DNA of 64,000 nt from NCBI RefSeq assembly GCF_000315625.1, contig NW_005434657.1:473319-537318 (forward strand). Reading direction: 5' to 3'. Below the pieces are notes generated by a model. That model ran no database searches. It was not told the DNA's origin and saw nothing but the letters and a program-made list of their open reading frames with translations. This document shows, one piece after another, positions 48,990 to 61,100 of the stretch. Within the stretch, counting starts at the first letter, position 1. Every line of letters begins with the position of its first letter. A program made the translations under genes and the position numbers. This stretch comes from Guillardia theta CCMP2712 (lineage: Eukaryota; Protista; Cryptophyta).

Positions 48990-49400
48990 ATGACCCCCAA
49001 TTTGTAAGGGCGGAACCACCCCTACTAAGTACCCTACCCACGGACACTCGACAGGAAGAATGAGGGTAGTCTGCTGTAAAACTTTTGTGCCCTCGGGCGG
49101 ACTCCTCAGTGATCCCGCGGCGGGCGGCCGCCGCGGGCGTGAGCCCCGGGCCGTGGAAGTTCCGGCTCAGGCTAGTAGGTGACGGCCCGACGGTGGCGGC
49201 CCGGGGGCCCGGCCGCGGCACTGGCGGCAACGTGGCAGAGCGGCGGCCCCGGGGGGGCTGCGGCGATGCCCTCAGGGCCTGGGGGCCCGACGGCCGGCAG
49301 TACGCCGGACGGTCCGATCCCGAAGTTCAGGACTGAGCGACAGGGGGGAAACGGGCTGTTGGGCCAGTGGGGGCTCAGAGCCTCCCGGCGTACTCAGAAG
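48990..49400 (+). repeat. Short ACCC tract plus GC island (recurrent intergenic element)
   Basis: ACCCCC/ACCCTACC runs, then a very GC-rich CCGG/GGCC island at 49090-49400. Confidence 0.55.
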
Positions 49401-49448
49401 TATTCAGTACATTGACACAGTATGATTCCTTGACATTCTATTCATTCA

Positions 49449-52400
49449 CTATTCACATCGTTGATCGCGAAAGACGCGGTAGTTCTTGTGCCCTTTCTCG
49501 CTTCTCAGGTCCATGAAGCTCTTCAGCACAAGCTGCAGCTCACAAAGGTGATTGTCGACAAAGAACTTGCGTGTGTAGTCGTTGCTGACGCGAATGTTCA
49601 AACAAATGTCCCGGTAACCGCCTGACTTCATCGAGATGTAGCTTTGATCAAACCTGTTCTTAACTCGTGCGATGTAGATCGCTGGGTCGTCTCTGATGAT
49701 CTCGACGGCTTGCTTGAGCTTGACGATGTCCTCAAACACCAGTGCATACCGCACAATGTCCATGAGACGCGACACGTCACCGTTGTAGGATCGAACTACC
49801 TTTTGGATGGCGCGGTGGACGCTCTTGAGCACAGGTCGTCTGATCAAAGCTCTGCTCTCAGGGTCTTCGATGGTCTCTGCCCAGGAGATGTATCGCTTGC
49901 CCCCTCCCACCTCCTCGTCCACGAGAAAGAGACATTCGCATCGCGAGCCCAACTCCTTCATCTTCTCGAAGAAGACAGGCTGAATCACGAGAGCTTGCGC
50001 ATAGAGCTGCTCTAGCGAGTCGATCTTCAGGTGCCAGGGAACAAACGTCACTGTCCTCGTCACCTCAATGATGGACGAAAGATTAGATCCCCGTTGAATC
50101 AAACTCGGTCGTCGTTGAGACGTTCCTCCTCTCCGGCTGTTTTCCAACCCGATGGGCGTGCGACGCAAGCTTCCTGCCGTCGACGAACGCGGCAAGTGCT
50201 GGACGACCGACGCCTGCACTTCGATCTTGGCGACAATGTCGTTGAGCTCCGCCAAGTTGACTGGGTCTCGCGCAACCTCCTTCCACAGCTGGTGATATTG
50301 CTGAATGTCTCGCTCGATCTTCTTGAACGACTGAAAGAGCAGGTACTGTCTCCACACGTAGAAGAGCAGCCAGGCAAAGAAGAGGAACGTGTGGTTCGGT
50401 CGCAGTGTGACGAGAGTGATACTCAGGTGCCCTTCCCTCAGGTCGATCAGGAGTGTGTTCATGAAGGATCCAGCGACGCAGAAAACAGGCATCAAGGTCA
50501 GCGTGTGCTCTTCTTTGAATTGCATGACAAGTCCATAACCCAGCTCCAAGACGCCCCACAGAAATGATTGCCAGAACCCGAGGGTATCCAGAGGAGTGAA
50601 CACGGCGATGACAATGTCAACAACTCCTGCCACATGGAACGCGCTGGCAGAGGCTGTCTTGCCCAAGAAGATGAAGCCAGCACAGGCAAGCGCAGCAGTG
50701 CCAAAGGTCGCCGTGAGTCTCAGTACCATTCCGATGATCTCACCTACGGCCTCCCATGAGATTCTGAGATCGAAGTGATACCGTTGGTTCCGTGTCCTGG
50801 TGATGTTCGCGACCTGAGAGTGACAGAGCTCGGTTGTTGAGCTCAAGGCGCAATCAAACTTTGAAATCAAGGTCCAACGAGCTTCGCTCAAAGCAGTCGG
50901 ATCCACCTCCAAGCTCTCGTCGCTCACGTGCATTTCAAGAGCTAGAGGATCATGAGAGAAAGAAGAGTTGGATGAACCTGTGTAGAACTCCCATCCATTC
51001 ACGACAACTTGCCTGTCAAATGAGTAGAAGAATTGAGTTCCTCTCGACGCCACTAAGGTCGGATTGAACCTCTCACAGTCTTTCAAGAAACCTACCCCAG
51101 TGATGGATGCATTCTTGACATGGGGGGATCTTACTCGTAGCACAGTGATGCGGGCATGAGAAACATCGTAGCGCCGATTTTTCCAGAGAGTTACGATTGC
51201 AAGATTCTTGTTCACGATCCAACTTGCGATCATGATAACACCTGTCGCTATCAGGGCAACCTGAAATAGGCGCTTGCGAATCACATTGCTGAGAGGTCTT
51301 GAGGAAAACATTACACTTGCGGTCTTTGCATCTTGGACGCCAGCCTCTGCTGAGTGGATGAGGTAGTCTAAGAAGCCTCCTGGCAACATTCCCTTCCCTG
51401 CTATGAGGAGCGGACTTTGAGCGGCGATAGCCGCTCCACTTGAAGCTTCACTCCTGATCCTTGCTTGCATGAAGAAAGAGAATGTTTGCAGAAACTTGCG
51501 ACCCTGCTTGATGAGCAAGAGAAAGTTGCTTCCGCGCCCTCTGTCGATTCGGCGACTCTGCAGCACAAGCTTCCTGTGAAGGTACTCTTGATGCTTAGCG
51601 GGAGATATCAGAGAGTGCATCTCCATCAGAGCAAGACGAATCTCACAGATGTGTCCCAGCAAGTTGGTCTGAATGGCCACGTCGTGAATGAAGCAAATGT
51701 TTATAGTGATATCTCGGTACCCGCTGCAAGCGCAGGAGAGGCGATTTCTAATGAAGACAACTTCAATCTCGTGATCTTCCATGATTTGTTTTAAAGCTCC
51801 ATTCAGGTCTTCCAGGTTGTCAAAGAAGATGCTTTGTCGCACCACGTCAGTCAACTGTGAAACGTCGCCATTCAAGAAAGTTAGGATTTTCTCAACCGAC
51901 CTTTGAACGTTCTTGATGCTTGAGAAATATACATTTTCAACCACTGGTGAAGATTTATCCAAGTCTTTGTACGGCACATACTCTTTCCCACTGTTGTTGG
52001 CGTGCTCATTGCAACAATATCCTCTCCAATCGCTGCCGATCGCGATGACCTTGCGCAAGAAAATTGGAAGCACAACAACTGATCTCGCATACAATTGATC
52101 CAAATTTTGCACAGGAAAGGAGGGCACAGAGTCTGTAAAAGAGCTGACTGAAATCGAGATCATCGAGTCGATCGGGTGTATTTTCGAGCTCCTCGAGCTC
52201 CTGCGACTCAGTTTACCGGCAGAAGGCTGCTCCATCAGAGATGTCGGCATCATGAAAGTATGCTTGCAGTTTGGAATAGACTTGGTTGGATACACGGCGA
52301 AGAAGTCATTCAACACTCGGTCAGTTTCTTGAAGCAAAGCTTGCACTTCAGGTCTCGCCCTGATTGTTTGCCAAGCAGAATCGAATTGTGCCGCATCTTC

Positions 52401-53330
52401 TTTCATCTCTTTCGAGGCAGTTGCTTTACGCGAAATTTTCTTCACTAGTGCCAGAGTGAACAATCCCAGAGTAACCAGTAAATATACCCTGAATGTTTTG
52501 TTCAAACCATGAGCTATCACTCTGATACACAGAGAAGCTTCAATCAGCTCAAGAACAAACGCCTCCATGAATAGAATGGGGCAAGGAAAAATGAAAATGG
52601 TCTGTTGCATGCCATCAGATATCGTCAGCAATACAAACAAAGATCAGACTCACCACAAAGAACGATACCAAGCAATCATATGCCGCAAAATTAGAAGAAT
52701 TCCCGTTCGATCCAATGTAAAGGATGAGGTTTCCAATGCCATCAATCAAGCCGGAATAAGCAATTATCTACAACATTACAACGTGTTAAAGGTAAGATAT
52801 CATGAAGAAAAGTAGTCGTTTACCCGTTTTGGAGCCCTAGTGCCTCCGTAATAAGCAAACATTGCAGACAAAATCAATGCAAATCCTTGCACCTCCAACA
52901 GAACGAAATGGAGATTTTCGTCCCAAGCACAACTTGCCAGACTGAAGTCAATCCATGTTGGATTTCTTTGATAAGGAGTCTGGATCAGATCTGTATTGAC
53001 CTTTACCAACCGATGTGGGTAATCATGATAGGGCATTGACATCAGGTATGCATTGACAACCAAGTAGCATCCAACAATGAACGAGATTGCTTGAAACATA
53101 GTGTGCGCATAAAGAGCAGTTAAAGGTTCTCTGTAGAAGAATGTGGAAAGCAAGCTCTTCTTGTACAGGTCTTGTAAACCGAGCTTGGAGTTCAGGTGAT
53201 CTCCTGGCTCAAGCATGTACAACAAGGTGAAGTGCTCTTTCAGTTGTGCATCGAGCAACCTTATCGGATCTTGCTGAGAACAAGAGTTGTCATTATTCAT
53301 CGGGGTTTGAGGTAAGGAATCGATCTCCAT
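49449..53330 (-). CDS. Multi-pass membrane protein (about 1252 aa, 3 exons) with two RelA/SpoT-like nucleotidyltransferase domains
   Basis: Introns 52823-52768 and 52668-52602 join the 176-aa and 1063-aa ORFs in frame. Domain 1: IKNVQRSVEK...DVVR...SGYRDITIN...CEIRL. Domain 2: LKSVHRAIQK...DIVR...RVKNRF...GGYRDICLN...CELQL. Blocks of hydrophobic segments precede each domain. Confidence 0.85.
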
Positions 53331-54099
53331 TGCTCTGGCTGAGCTGTATACTCAAGTAAAGGGCACATCATAATGCACGTTTGTAGCCTTCCGCACAGCC
53401 ATCGTCGTCTGATACAAACAAGCGTCAGTTTGTCATCACGAGAAGCATATTACGATTCATGAATTCATTCGTTATGATCGAGTGCGTGGTATACAGTGTC
53501 ATAGATTACACACACGGTTGTACCATCCCTATCAGGGACAGTGACTCATCCAACTGCTTATCTGCTTCCTCATCCGTTTGCTCGTCTACTTCTTAAATCC
53601 ATGGTGTGTTCACACATATCTGAATCTAAACCTCATCATCGTCTCTCTCGTCCACATGGCGCTATCCCTTCCATTCCCCTCCCAAGGAGCCTGCATCCCC
53701 TTGCAGTTGCGGTTCCTTCATTTCGCCGCGGTCTCTTCACTAATAATGCACGGCTAAAATCCTTATAAAAGAGCAGGAGCTAAAAATAAAAGGGTTCTGA
53801 CAGTCAAATGTTCAGGGGACTTCCGACTCACCGCTGTCTTCCTGATCAATTCATAGGAGAGCTTCTAATACGATCTGCTGCCCCCATATTACCAGCTATG
53901 CCTTTTGGACACTTTCAGATTTGACTAAAAGAATTCATCATCATCCTGTTGAGCTGCTGATGGCTCCATTGTTGCCTTGATGGTACCGCTACCCCCATCA
54001 ACCTGCGAGAGAGAAGGGGTAGTGTACGGACAAGGGGACCATCCTGCGCGCAGTTTTAAAAGTGAATGAAGAGATCTCTTCTATTCACTGTGTCCTCGT

Positions 54100-54620
54100 A
54101 CTGATTTTTAACTTAACTTTGAGTAAAGCATTGAGCTAGAGGTCGGACATCTCCTTCACTCAAAGTCGCGGTTTTTAGTTAAATCATCACAGTGAGTCTT
54201 TTAACTCAACTTTCAGTACTGATTTGAAAAGTTTAAGTTAAAACTGGTTCAGTCACCAGGCTCCGAAGTCCCGGGCCGGGCGGGAGGCATTACGTAATGT
54301 CGGCCGAGGCAGTCCGAGGCACACACGGGCCCCGGGCTCCGAAGCTTTACGTGAGGCAGACGTCTAATGGCAGCGAACTTCCGAATACTCAAAGATGTGG
54401 TGGCTGGCGGATCGCTCGGCGAACAAGGAAACCCCCGGGCCGGGGCAGCGCTGGACTCCGACGGCTCTCGGCCTCGCAAGACCGTACGTCTCAGGTGATC
54501 CGACTTGCAAACGCATCCGGTCCAGGATCTTTCGTCAGCTCAAGGCCTCCCTGTCCTTTATGTCCTGAGTTGGACCATTCCCCCGCCGCGCATATAGTAT
54601 GGCCGCCGCTGAAGGAATGA
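54100..54620. repeat. AT-rich TTAACTTT segment plus GC island; dispersed-repeat-like
   Basis: The 18-mer ACTTAACTTTGAGTAAAG (54111-54128) is identical to 5264-5281. Palindrome CATTACGTAATG at 54288-54299. Confidence 0.5.
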
Positions 54621-55733
54621 GATAGACGCGTACCGGAATGCATCCGCGATGATGGCAGTGACGTTGTAATGTTGTAGATAAGCCAGCTGGGACATAAAGC
54701 CTTTCTCCTTACGAGTGCTGGGGCCGTGGGCATTCAATCATGAGCCTGTTCCTATTTCATACTACAACCTGAAGTTCATGTCACTGTCAAACCCCTTGCG
54801 CAGCCGAATATCATGCCACCATCGTGGATTCCGCGTACTCTTTGCTGCTCATGGCGAATGTATCGTGTTGAGCTCGCCAAACTTGCAAACACTCGTTGCT
54901 TAGACCCTGATGATAGCTTGTTCCATTCGAATTCTTCGATTGAGACAACAAGCCTGTCGACCGGCTGGCTCACGCTCCAAAGAGGTGATCTCACTCAGTT
55001 GGAGCCTTCGATTCGCAGCGAGCGATTCGCTCCCTGTGTTCATCTCCTCGCTTGCTTCATCCACCCGGACCTGGAGTCAAATAGGGAAAGGAGAAACTTA
55101 GTAGCCAGTCATCACGGCGATCAATGCCTACCCAAACCCAAACATCAGTTAGTTCGAGCTGAGAGCGAAGCAAGACAAGCCAGGCAAAGTAGGGATCTTG
55201 GCGGAGGTCACCCACCTCCTCCGACTCAATGAAATGAGGACTAGCCCTGTTGGAATTGGCCCCGAATGCGGGAGCAGGCAAGAGTCGAGGGGCGACCGGG
55301 CAGGGCAAAGTGAAACCTCTGATGTCTTGGTAAGGAGTACAGCTACATGCGGGAAATGTACCATGAAAGAGGTTTAGTCATTTTGCGACTGTATTGACCC
55401 ATTCTAGAAACATGGCCATTCACGGCGACTGCAAAGAGCCCTGGGCCTTTGGAACACAGCGGCCCTAACGAAACGCTTGTGAGCATCAGGGGCCTTCAAG
55501 TGAGATCAAGACGTCAGGAGGATCTACTTCGATGGCCGCTGATCATCGTCGGCTCGTAAACCATCGCTCCTGCTCTCAGAGGTCCGGGGGGAACACGAAT
55601 CATCACAACGATCGGCGTCCTTGACAAGTCGCTGGGCACGCATCCGTGAAAGGAGGAGAGACGAGGGTTAGTGCCCGTGCGAAAGGCTGTGGAGATGGGG
55701 TATTGTCAGTGTTGGTATTGGGGATGTATTTAT

Positions 55734-57330
55734 TCAAGGCACTCCATCCTCACCGCGGGTCCACCCGTACTTTGTAAGTATACCTCTGTTTTCCACATTC
55801 CTGATTCTGAACGTGTAGTGATTCTCCTTTGGAACGACAAATACAACCTCAACCTTCCAGGTCCCCCCTTCCTCAATGCCCAAAGATTGCAGACAATCAT
55901 ACATGTACCGCAATTTCAGGTCATGTGTCTCCGCAATAGTTATCTGTATGAAGCGCACCAGCTTGTCATTCGAGTCCACAAACCTTGCTTTCCCTTGCTT
56001 CAGAGTACCATAAAAGCTCTTGGAGCAAGCGTCTCTGACTCGCCTTCTTCCTCTGACCTGAGGGTTACCTGCAGCCCAGCCTCGCTCGTCCTATCCGAGC
56101 AAAGAACAGCATCTCAAACAAAATCCCCCGAAGAGAAGGATTCTCAGTCATGCCAGGGAGCTCCTCAATCTTCCTCACAAACGATTCTCCGAGCTTCTTT
56201 GCCAGCTCCCTAGCAACAAACCTGCCGCGACAAAAGCCCAGTACACTTGGAGTCCCATTCGATACTTCCCATGCAGCCGATGGACAAACTTTTTTGAACG
56301 GTCGCCCATGCTCTTGTCAAAGAGCGCCTGGTAATCAGAGACAAAGTCCATCGCTGCAAGGAGATCTTGGATCGCTTGATCTGTCTTTCATCATTCAGTT
56401 CGAACATATGGCGGCAAGAGCCTCCAGCAACATCTAACCTCCATTCCATCACACTAGCCACACTCATGTAGAACTTGTCGTACGTAATGGCCTCCAAATA
56501 CTCCTCAGTCCAGTGTCCACGAGTACACCATCAACTCCTCTACCTTCTCAATTCTATCTAGCTCGATATTTTTCTTTGCTCGAGAAATCATCGACGTCGT
56601 GGTCACAACCCGCCGGTTGTTCCGGTCCTCTTCTTGCTCCGGGACCATCCTCTAAGGACTCTTCTTAGCGACTCCTCTGCACCATTGCGTGGCAAGTCAG
56701 CAATTCTCAAAACTCATTCATCGACTTGTAGCACTTGAACTGAATTCCAATTCCACATCCGCACGCACATCACCATCCATCCCTCCTCTATACTCAGCGA
56801 TTGTACAAAGGACATGGTCGTCATCGACTTCCCCATCCCTGGAGGGCCTAGTAGGATCCAACCCAGACGCCCGGCCTCACACACTCTCTCCTCAATGAAA
56901 TGCCACCACTCATTGAAGCATTTTCCTGCAGTAGAGCATCCGCTGCCTTTCTTGTCCAGAGCTGTCCTGATCCCAAAACGATCCACTTGTCCTTCTCCTG
57001 GTACCCTACCGCGTCCCCTCCCTCTCGGAGACCTCTCCAACCTGCTCGAAGGTCCTCCTCCTTCTTTCGTAGGTTCTCCTTCTCCTTCTCTAGTTTCTCC
57101 TCCTGGTCCGCAAGGTCCTGCAGAACATCCTTCCAGTGTTCCTTGTTTTCCCGTTCGAGATGAAATTTCCGCCTTGCCTCTGCCCTCTTCTCTCGAAGGT
57201 CCTCCTTCTCTCGAAGAACCCTCTTCTTGTCCTGCTCTTGTCTCTTGCTCTTACGCGCGGGTTGCTCATCGTCACCCTCATCTTGTCTGCCGTGCCGAGT
57301 TTGGCCCGGGCATGTGAGCCCCCACGACGG
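55734..57330 (-). pseudogene. Crinkler/CR-effector-like pseudogene (coiled-coil header, P-loop NTPase, REase-like C-terminus)
   Basis: Fragments in different frames: EKLEKEKENLRKKEEDLR; GWILLGPPGMGKSMT (Walker A); VAGGSCRHMF; LVRFIQITIAETHDLKLRYM...VEVVFVVP. Several frameshifts with no convincing introns. Confidence 0.72.
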
Positions 57331-57399
57331 TGTACGACCAGGCAACTTCGTCGTCCGAACGTTGAACCAGGCACTGGCTAGTACGCTGGGCGGCACTCC

Positions 57400-58050
57400 G
57401 GCTGCTGGGCACTGCGGCAGCGCTGGATGTTAGATGGCCCGGCGGCCGCTCTCGCCGAGTCGGCCACGAGTCCGACGGTCGGCCGGACCGCCTGGCCGGC
57501 CGACGGCGGCGCGGCCGGGAGTGACTGCAAGATCACTCAGCGAAGGCCGGGCCGGCGGCCCGCCGGCCGCCCGGGCTCGAAATCCGGTCACCCTCCGAGC
57601 CTCATCCCCCCATGACTGCACGGGTGGGATCCTGGGTGGGATCAGGGGTCTGATGCTGGCTCTGATCAGGGGTGGTTTAGTGGTTAGAGGGATGGAGGGG
57701 AGAAGGGGTGGTATGAAAATACATTGTTTGAATACGATTGGAGGGGTGGATGAAAATTTGACAGGGAAAGCGTTCAGAAAGGTGGGTCCAGCAGTCTTAG
57801 GGTACTGCGTCATAGGATCTTCGATGAGACTCCTGGTAGGTACCATAAATTTACTTGATAGAGCTCTTTTAATATATTACATGAAAGAGACGACTGTTAT
57901 TCAACGACAGGTTGGACAAAGCTTCGGGGGGAGGGGGTTATTTCATGAGGGGTATGGGCACTCAAATATTTTTGGGTGATCATGGGTGGGGTATGTTGAT
58001 GGTCGGGTGGGGTATCTAGAAGGGGGTTGGGGAGGGGGGTTGGAAGCAAG
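57400..58050 (-). repeat. GC island plus GGGGT-rich tract (mirror orientation of the recurrent intergenic element)
   Basis: CCGG/GGCC island at 57400-57610, then GGGGT/GGGTGG runs to about 58050. Confidence 0.6.
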
Positions 58051-58185
58051 GCGGAGAGGAAGATAGGAACAAGAGGCAGGGGAAGGCATCGAAGTACACT
58101 GCCGGAGGGACGAGAAGCATAGAAGTTCTCGTGGGGAGCAAGAGCAAGAGGGAAGTCGACATCAGATCGAGTGGACAAGGCTGTC

Positions 58186-61100
58186 ATGTCTTACTCTGCC
58201 AGCGAGTCTCGAGTACGAGAGGAGCTTTCTGCGCTGCAGGCTGCTGGTGATGAGCTCAGTCAGAAAGCGGCTGCTGCCCTGCAGACTCTTCTGGACGATC
58301 TGGCACAGGCGCATGCAGATGCAGCATCAGCAACTCTCAACAACGAGCAGCGATTCCATCAGCTTGAGCAAGAGACTATCACTGCCCGCTGTGAGGCTGA
58401 AGCGAGTGTAAAACTCAAGGATGAAGCCCTCAAGCAGAAGCAGCAATTGCAGGATCAGGTTGCCGGCTTGAACAACGAAATATCTTCCATGCAGAAAAAG
58501 ATCAATGACACGAATGCCGAGTTGCAGCGTGTCAATGCACAGCTGCAAGAAGTGAAGAGAGACAAGGACGAGCTTGTGTGGACACATGAACGCAGGAGCC
58601 AGGTGCTTCAACCCCTGATAGACTTCTCCTTCTCTGCTCACATGCTCGTTTGCAGGAAGCTGAAAAGGCGAAAGAGGAAGCAAACCAGCTGCGAAAGAGG
58701 AGCTCAGAGCAAGCGCAGGAGAGGCAGCAGCTGCTGCTTCAGATCGAGGAAATCCGCGACAGTAGTCTCAAGACTCAGGCATCTTCTTGACAAGAATGTG
58801 GCACCGTCTCTGATTAGTTGATTTGTATAGAGCGAACTGAATTCAGCTCTGACGAAGCTCAAGCACGCGGAGTCCGAGCTTTCCTTCGTCAGCAACAACT
58901 TGAGTGAGAAAACGCACGAGCTCTCTAAGCTATCCACGGAATCTCACTCGAGGGTAAGATATGAGTCCTGGCAGCATGTTTGCTGTGACTTCGCTTCTCA
59001 GATCTCACGCCTCGAGCGAGAACTTGCTGCTGAAAAGACCGAAGTCTCTCGTCTGAATACTGTCGCGGAGGAGTGGAAAAAGTCCTGCAAAGAGCAGGTT
59101 CATAGTTGGTGCAACGCCAGTGTGTTTCTGAGAACGTCATGTACAGGAAGAAGCATACAGAAACCAGATCGAGAAGGCTCAAACCGTCACGCAAGAGTTC
59201 AATGCAACCAAGGCTCTCCTTGAATCAGATCTTGACAATAAGAACAAGTTGTTGAATTTGGCCAAAAGTGCACAAGAAGACAGCGACAAAGAAATCGCAA
59301 AGCTACAATCTATGAATACCGCTCATCTTAATCGAGTCCGGGTACACCAGCTTTATTCACGCAGTGCAAGTCTTAGTGTGTCTGAATCATGGATTGCTCA
59401 GGTTGCGGAAGAAACTCTTGCCAAAGAGAAAAGTGAGGCTGCCACGAAGATTGCAGAGCTCGAGAACAGATTAAAGGAAGCAGAGAAGACCCGAACTGAG
59501 TATCAGGTAAAGACCAGCCTGTCTTCCGTTTGCGCATGCCAGCTCATCTTCATTTCAGACGAAAGTCAACGAGTTGAGATCTGTGGGACAGAATGTACTT
59601 GGCTCACCGTCTATGATCTTTTCCCTCATCTTGACTTTGCTTATAGGGAGAGGGCAACAATGAACTTCTCGAGAAGATCTTGACAAGCTCTCCAGCTGCA
59701 GTTGCTTCTGAATTTGTTCGTGATGGCCGCATTGCTGAAATCTACAAGGTCAGACGTCACCAAGGTTTTCCAGGTCTAAATATCGTACCTTCTTTAGGTC
59801 CTGGAGGATACATGCGAATTGCTACACAGAGAGCGACATGAGCGAGTGCAAGCTGAAGCTTGTCTCTCTGAAGTGGTCAAGGAGCTGCAAGATAAGGGCC
59901 CTGCTATTCTCAGGCAAAGGCAGGAATGGGAAAGCGCAGTGCAGGTTTACTGATCGCGAATTTTGTTGTGGTGTCAAAATGAGCTTACCCTGTTCTCAGG
60001 CCAATCAAGTTACCAATCACAAGCTAGAGGTAGCTCTTGGTGAACTACAAGAAATGAAAGCAGCCATGGAATTTCTGCGCCTTCAGGTTTCTGGAATAAA
60101 AGCTCTTTTTGAATTGATTTAACGATTTTTGCTCTCAGCGCGAGCGAAGCATGTCTGATGCTGCTTCATTGGAACGGCAAAACAAAGATCTCACTATGCA
60201 ATGTCGTGCTCTATTGGTATCTCATGTTCAACTTCCATTTCATTTTGGTTATGCGATTTTCAGCGAGAAGTGGAAGAGCTGAGAAATCAGCTTGCGTCAC
60301 CTGCTGTTCAGCGTGCGTTGGTCAGGAGTAGTTCGCAGGGACAGAACCAAGGCACACCCAACATTGATGAGAACAACATGCCCGAAGTTGGAACTGGAGT
60401 AGATGCTCAGAATTTCATCACACAACATCTTGTGATTTATAAGAATGTAAATCAACTTCAGGAACAGAACCAGAAGCTTCTGAAGGTGCACTTGATTTGT
60501 AGATTATGTTTTGATTCTGATTCATGTTCCTCTTCAGGTCGTTCGCCAACTAAGTGCTGACAACGAGAGAGAAACAGAGAAGATGATGCAACAGCTGCGC
60601 GTGAGTTCAACATCTTGGATTTCATCTTCTTTTGATTCACTTTTGCGTAGGAGGAATATGGTAATAAGATAGACGTGGCTCTAAAGGAGGTAAGTTACAT
60701 GTGACATGACACCAAAGGACACTGATTGACTGGTTTGGTACAGGTCCAGGAGATCCGACAGGAACGCCAGGAGCTCGAAACACGTGTTGCCAACCTTGTG
60801 CAACAAAGAGACATGTACAGAATTCTTCTTGCAGAGGCGGACAGGTCTGCTATTGGAGAAGCCATGGGAGAGCAGAGCTCAGCAGCAGTTGGAATCTCAA
60901 CTATTTCAGAGGTGATGTCTCCCGGCTCAAGTGGAGTGAGGACCACAAAGGACGCAATCAAGATGTTAGAGCAAGAGAACAACGAGCTCAAGGAGAGAAA
61001 TGAGGCTGCCTTGTCCCTCCTTCGCTCTGAGTTAGCGACTGCACAAGATGCAAAGTTGAAGGTAACAACCAGTCTAGATCCCTCGTGTCTCTCTCTTGTT

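Noticed and set aside
49085-49415. Ala/Gly/Pro/Arg-rich ORFs in GC islands (also 57430-57979 and 54249-54620)
   Set aside because: Stop-poor because of extreme GC content; no protein-like motifs.
52600-52830. Apparent frameshift or two separate genes before the 1063-aa ORF
   Set aside because: Resolved by two canonical GT-AG introns with a 99-nt exon between them.
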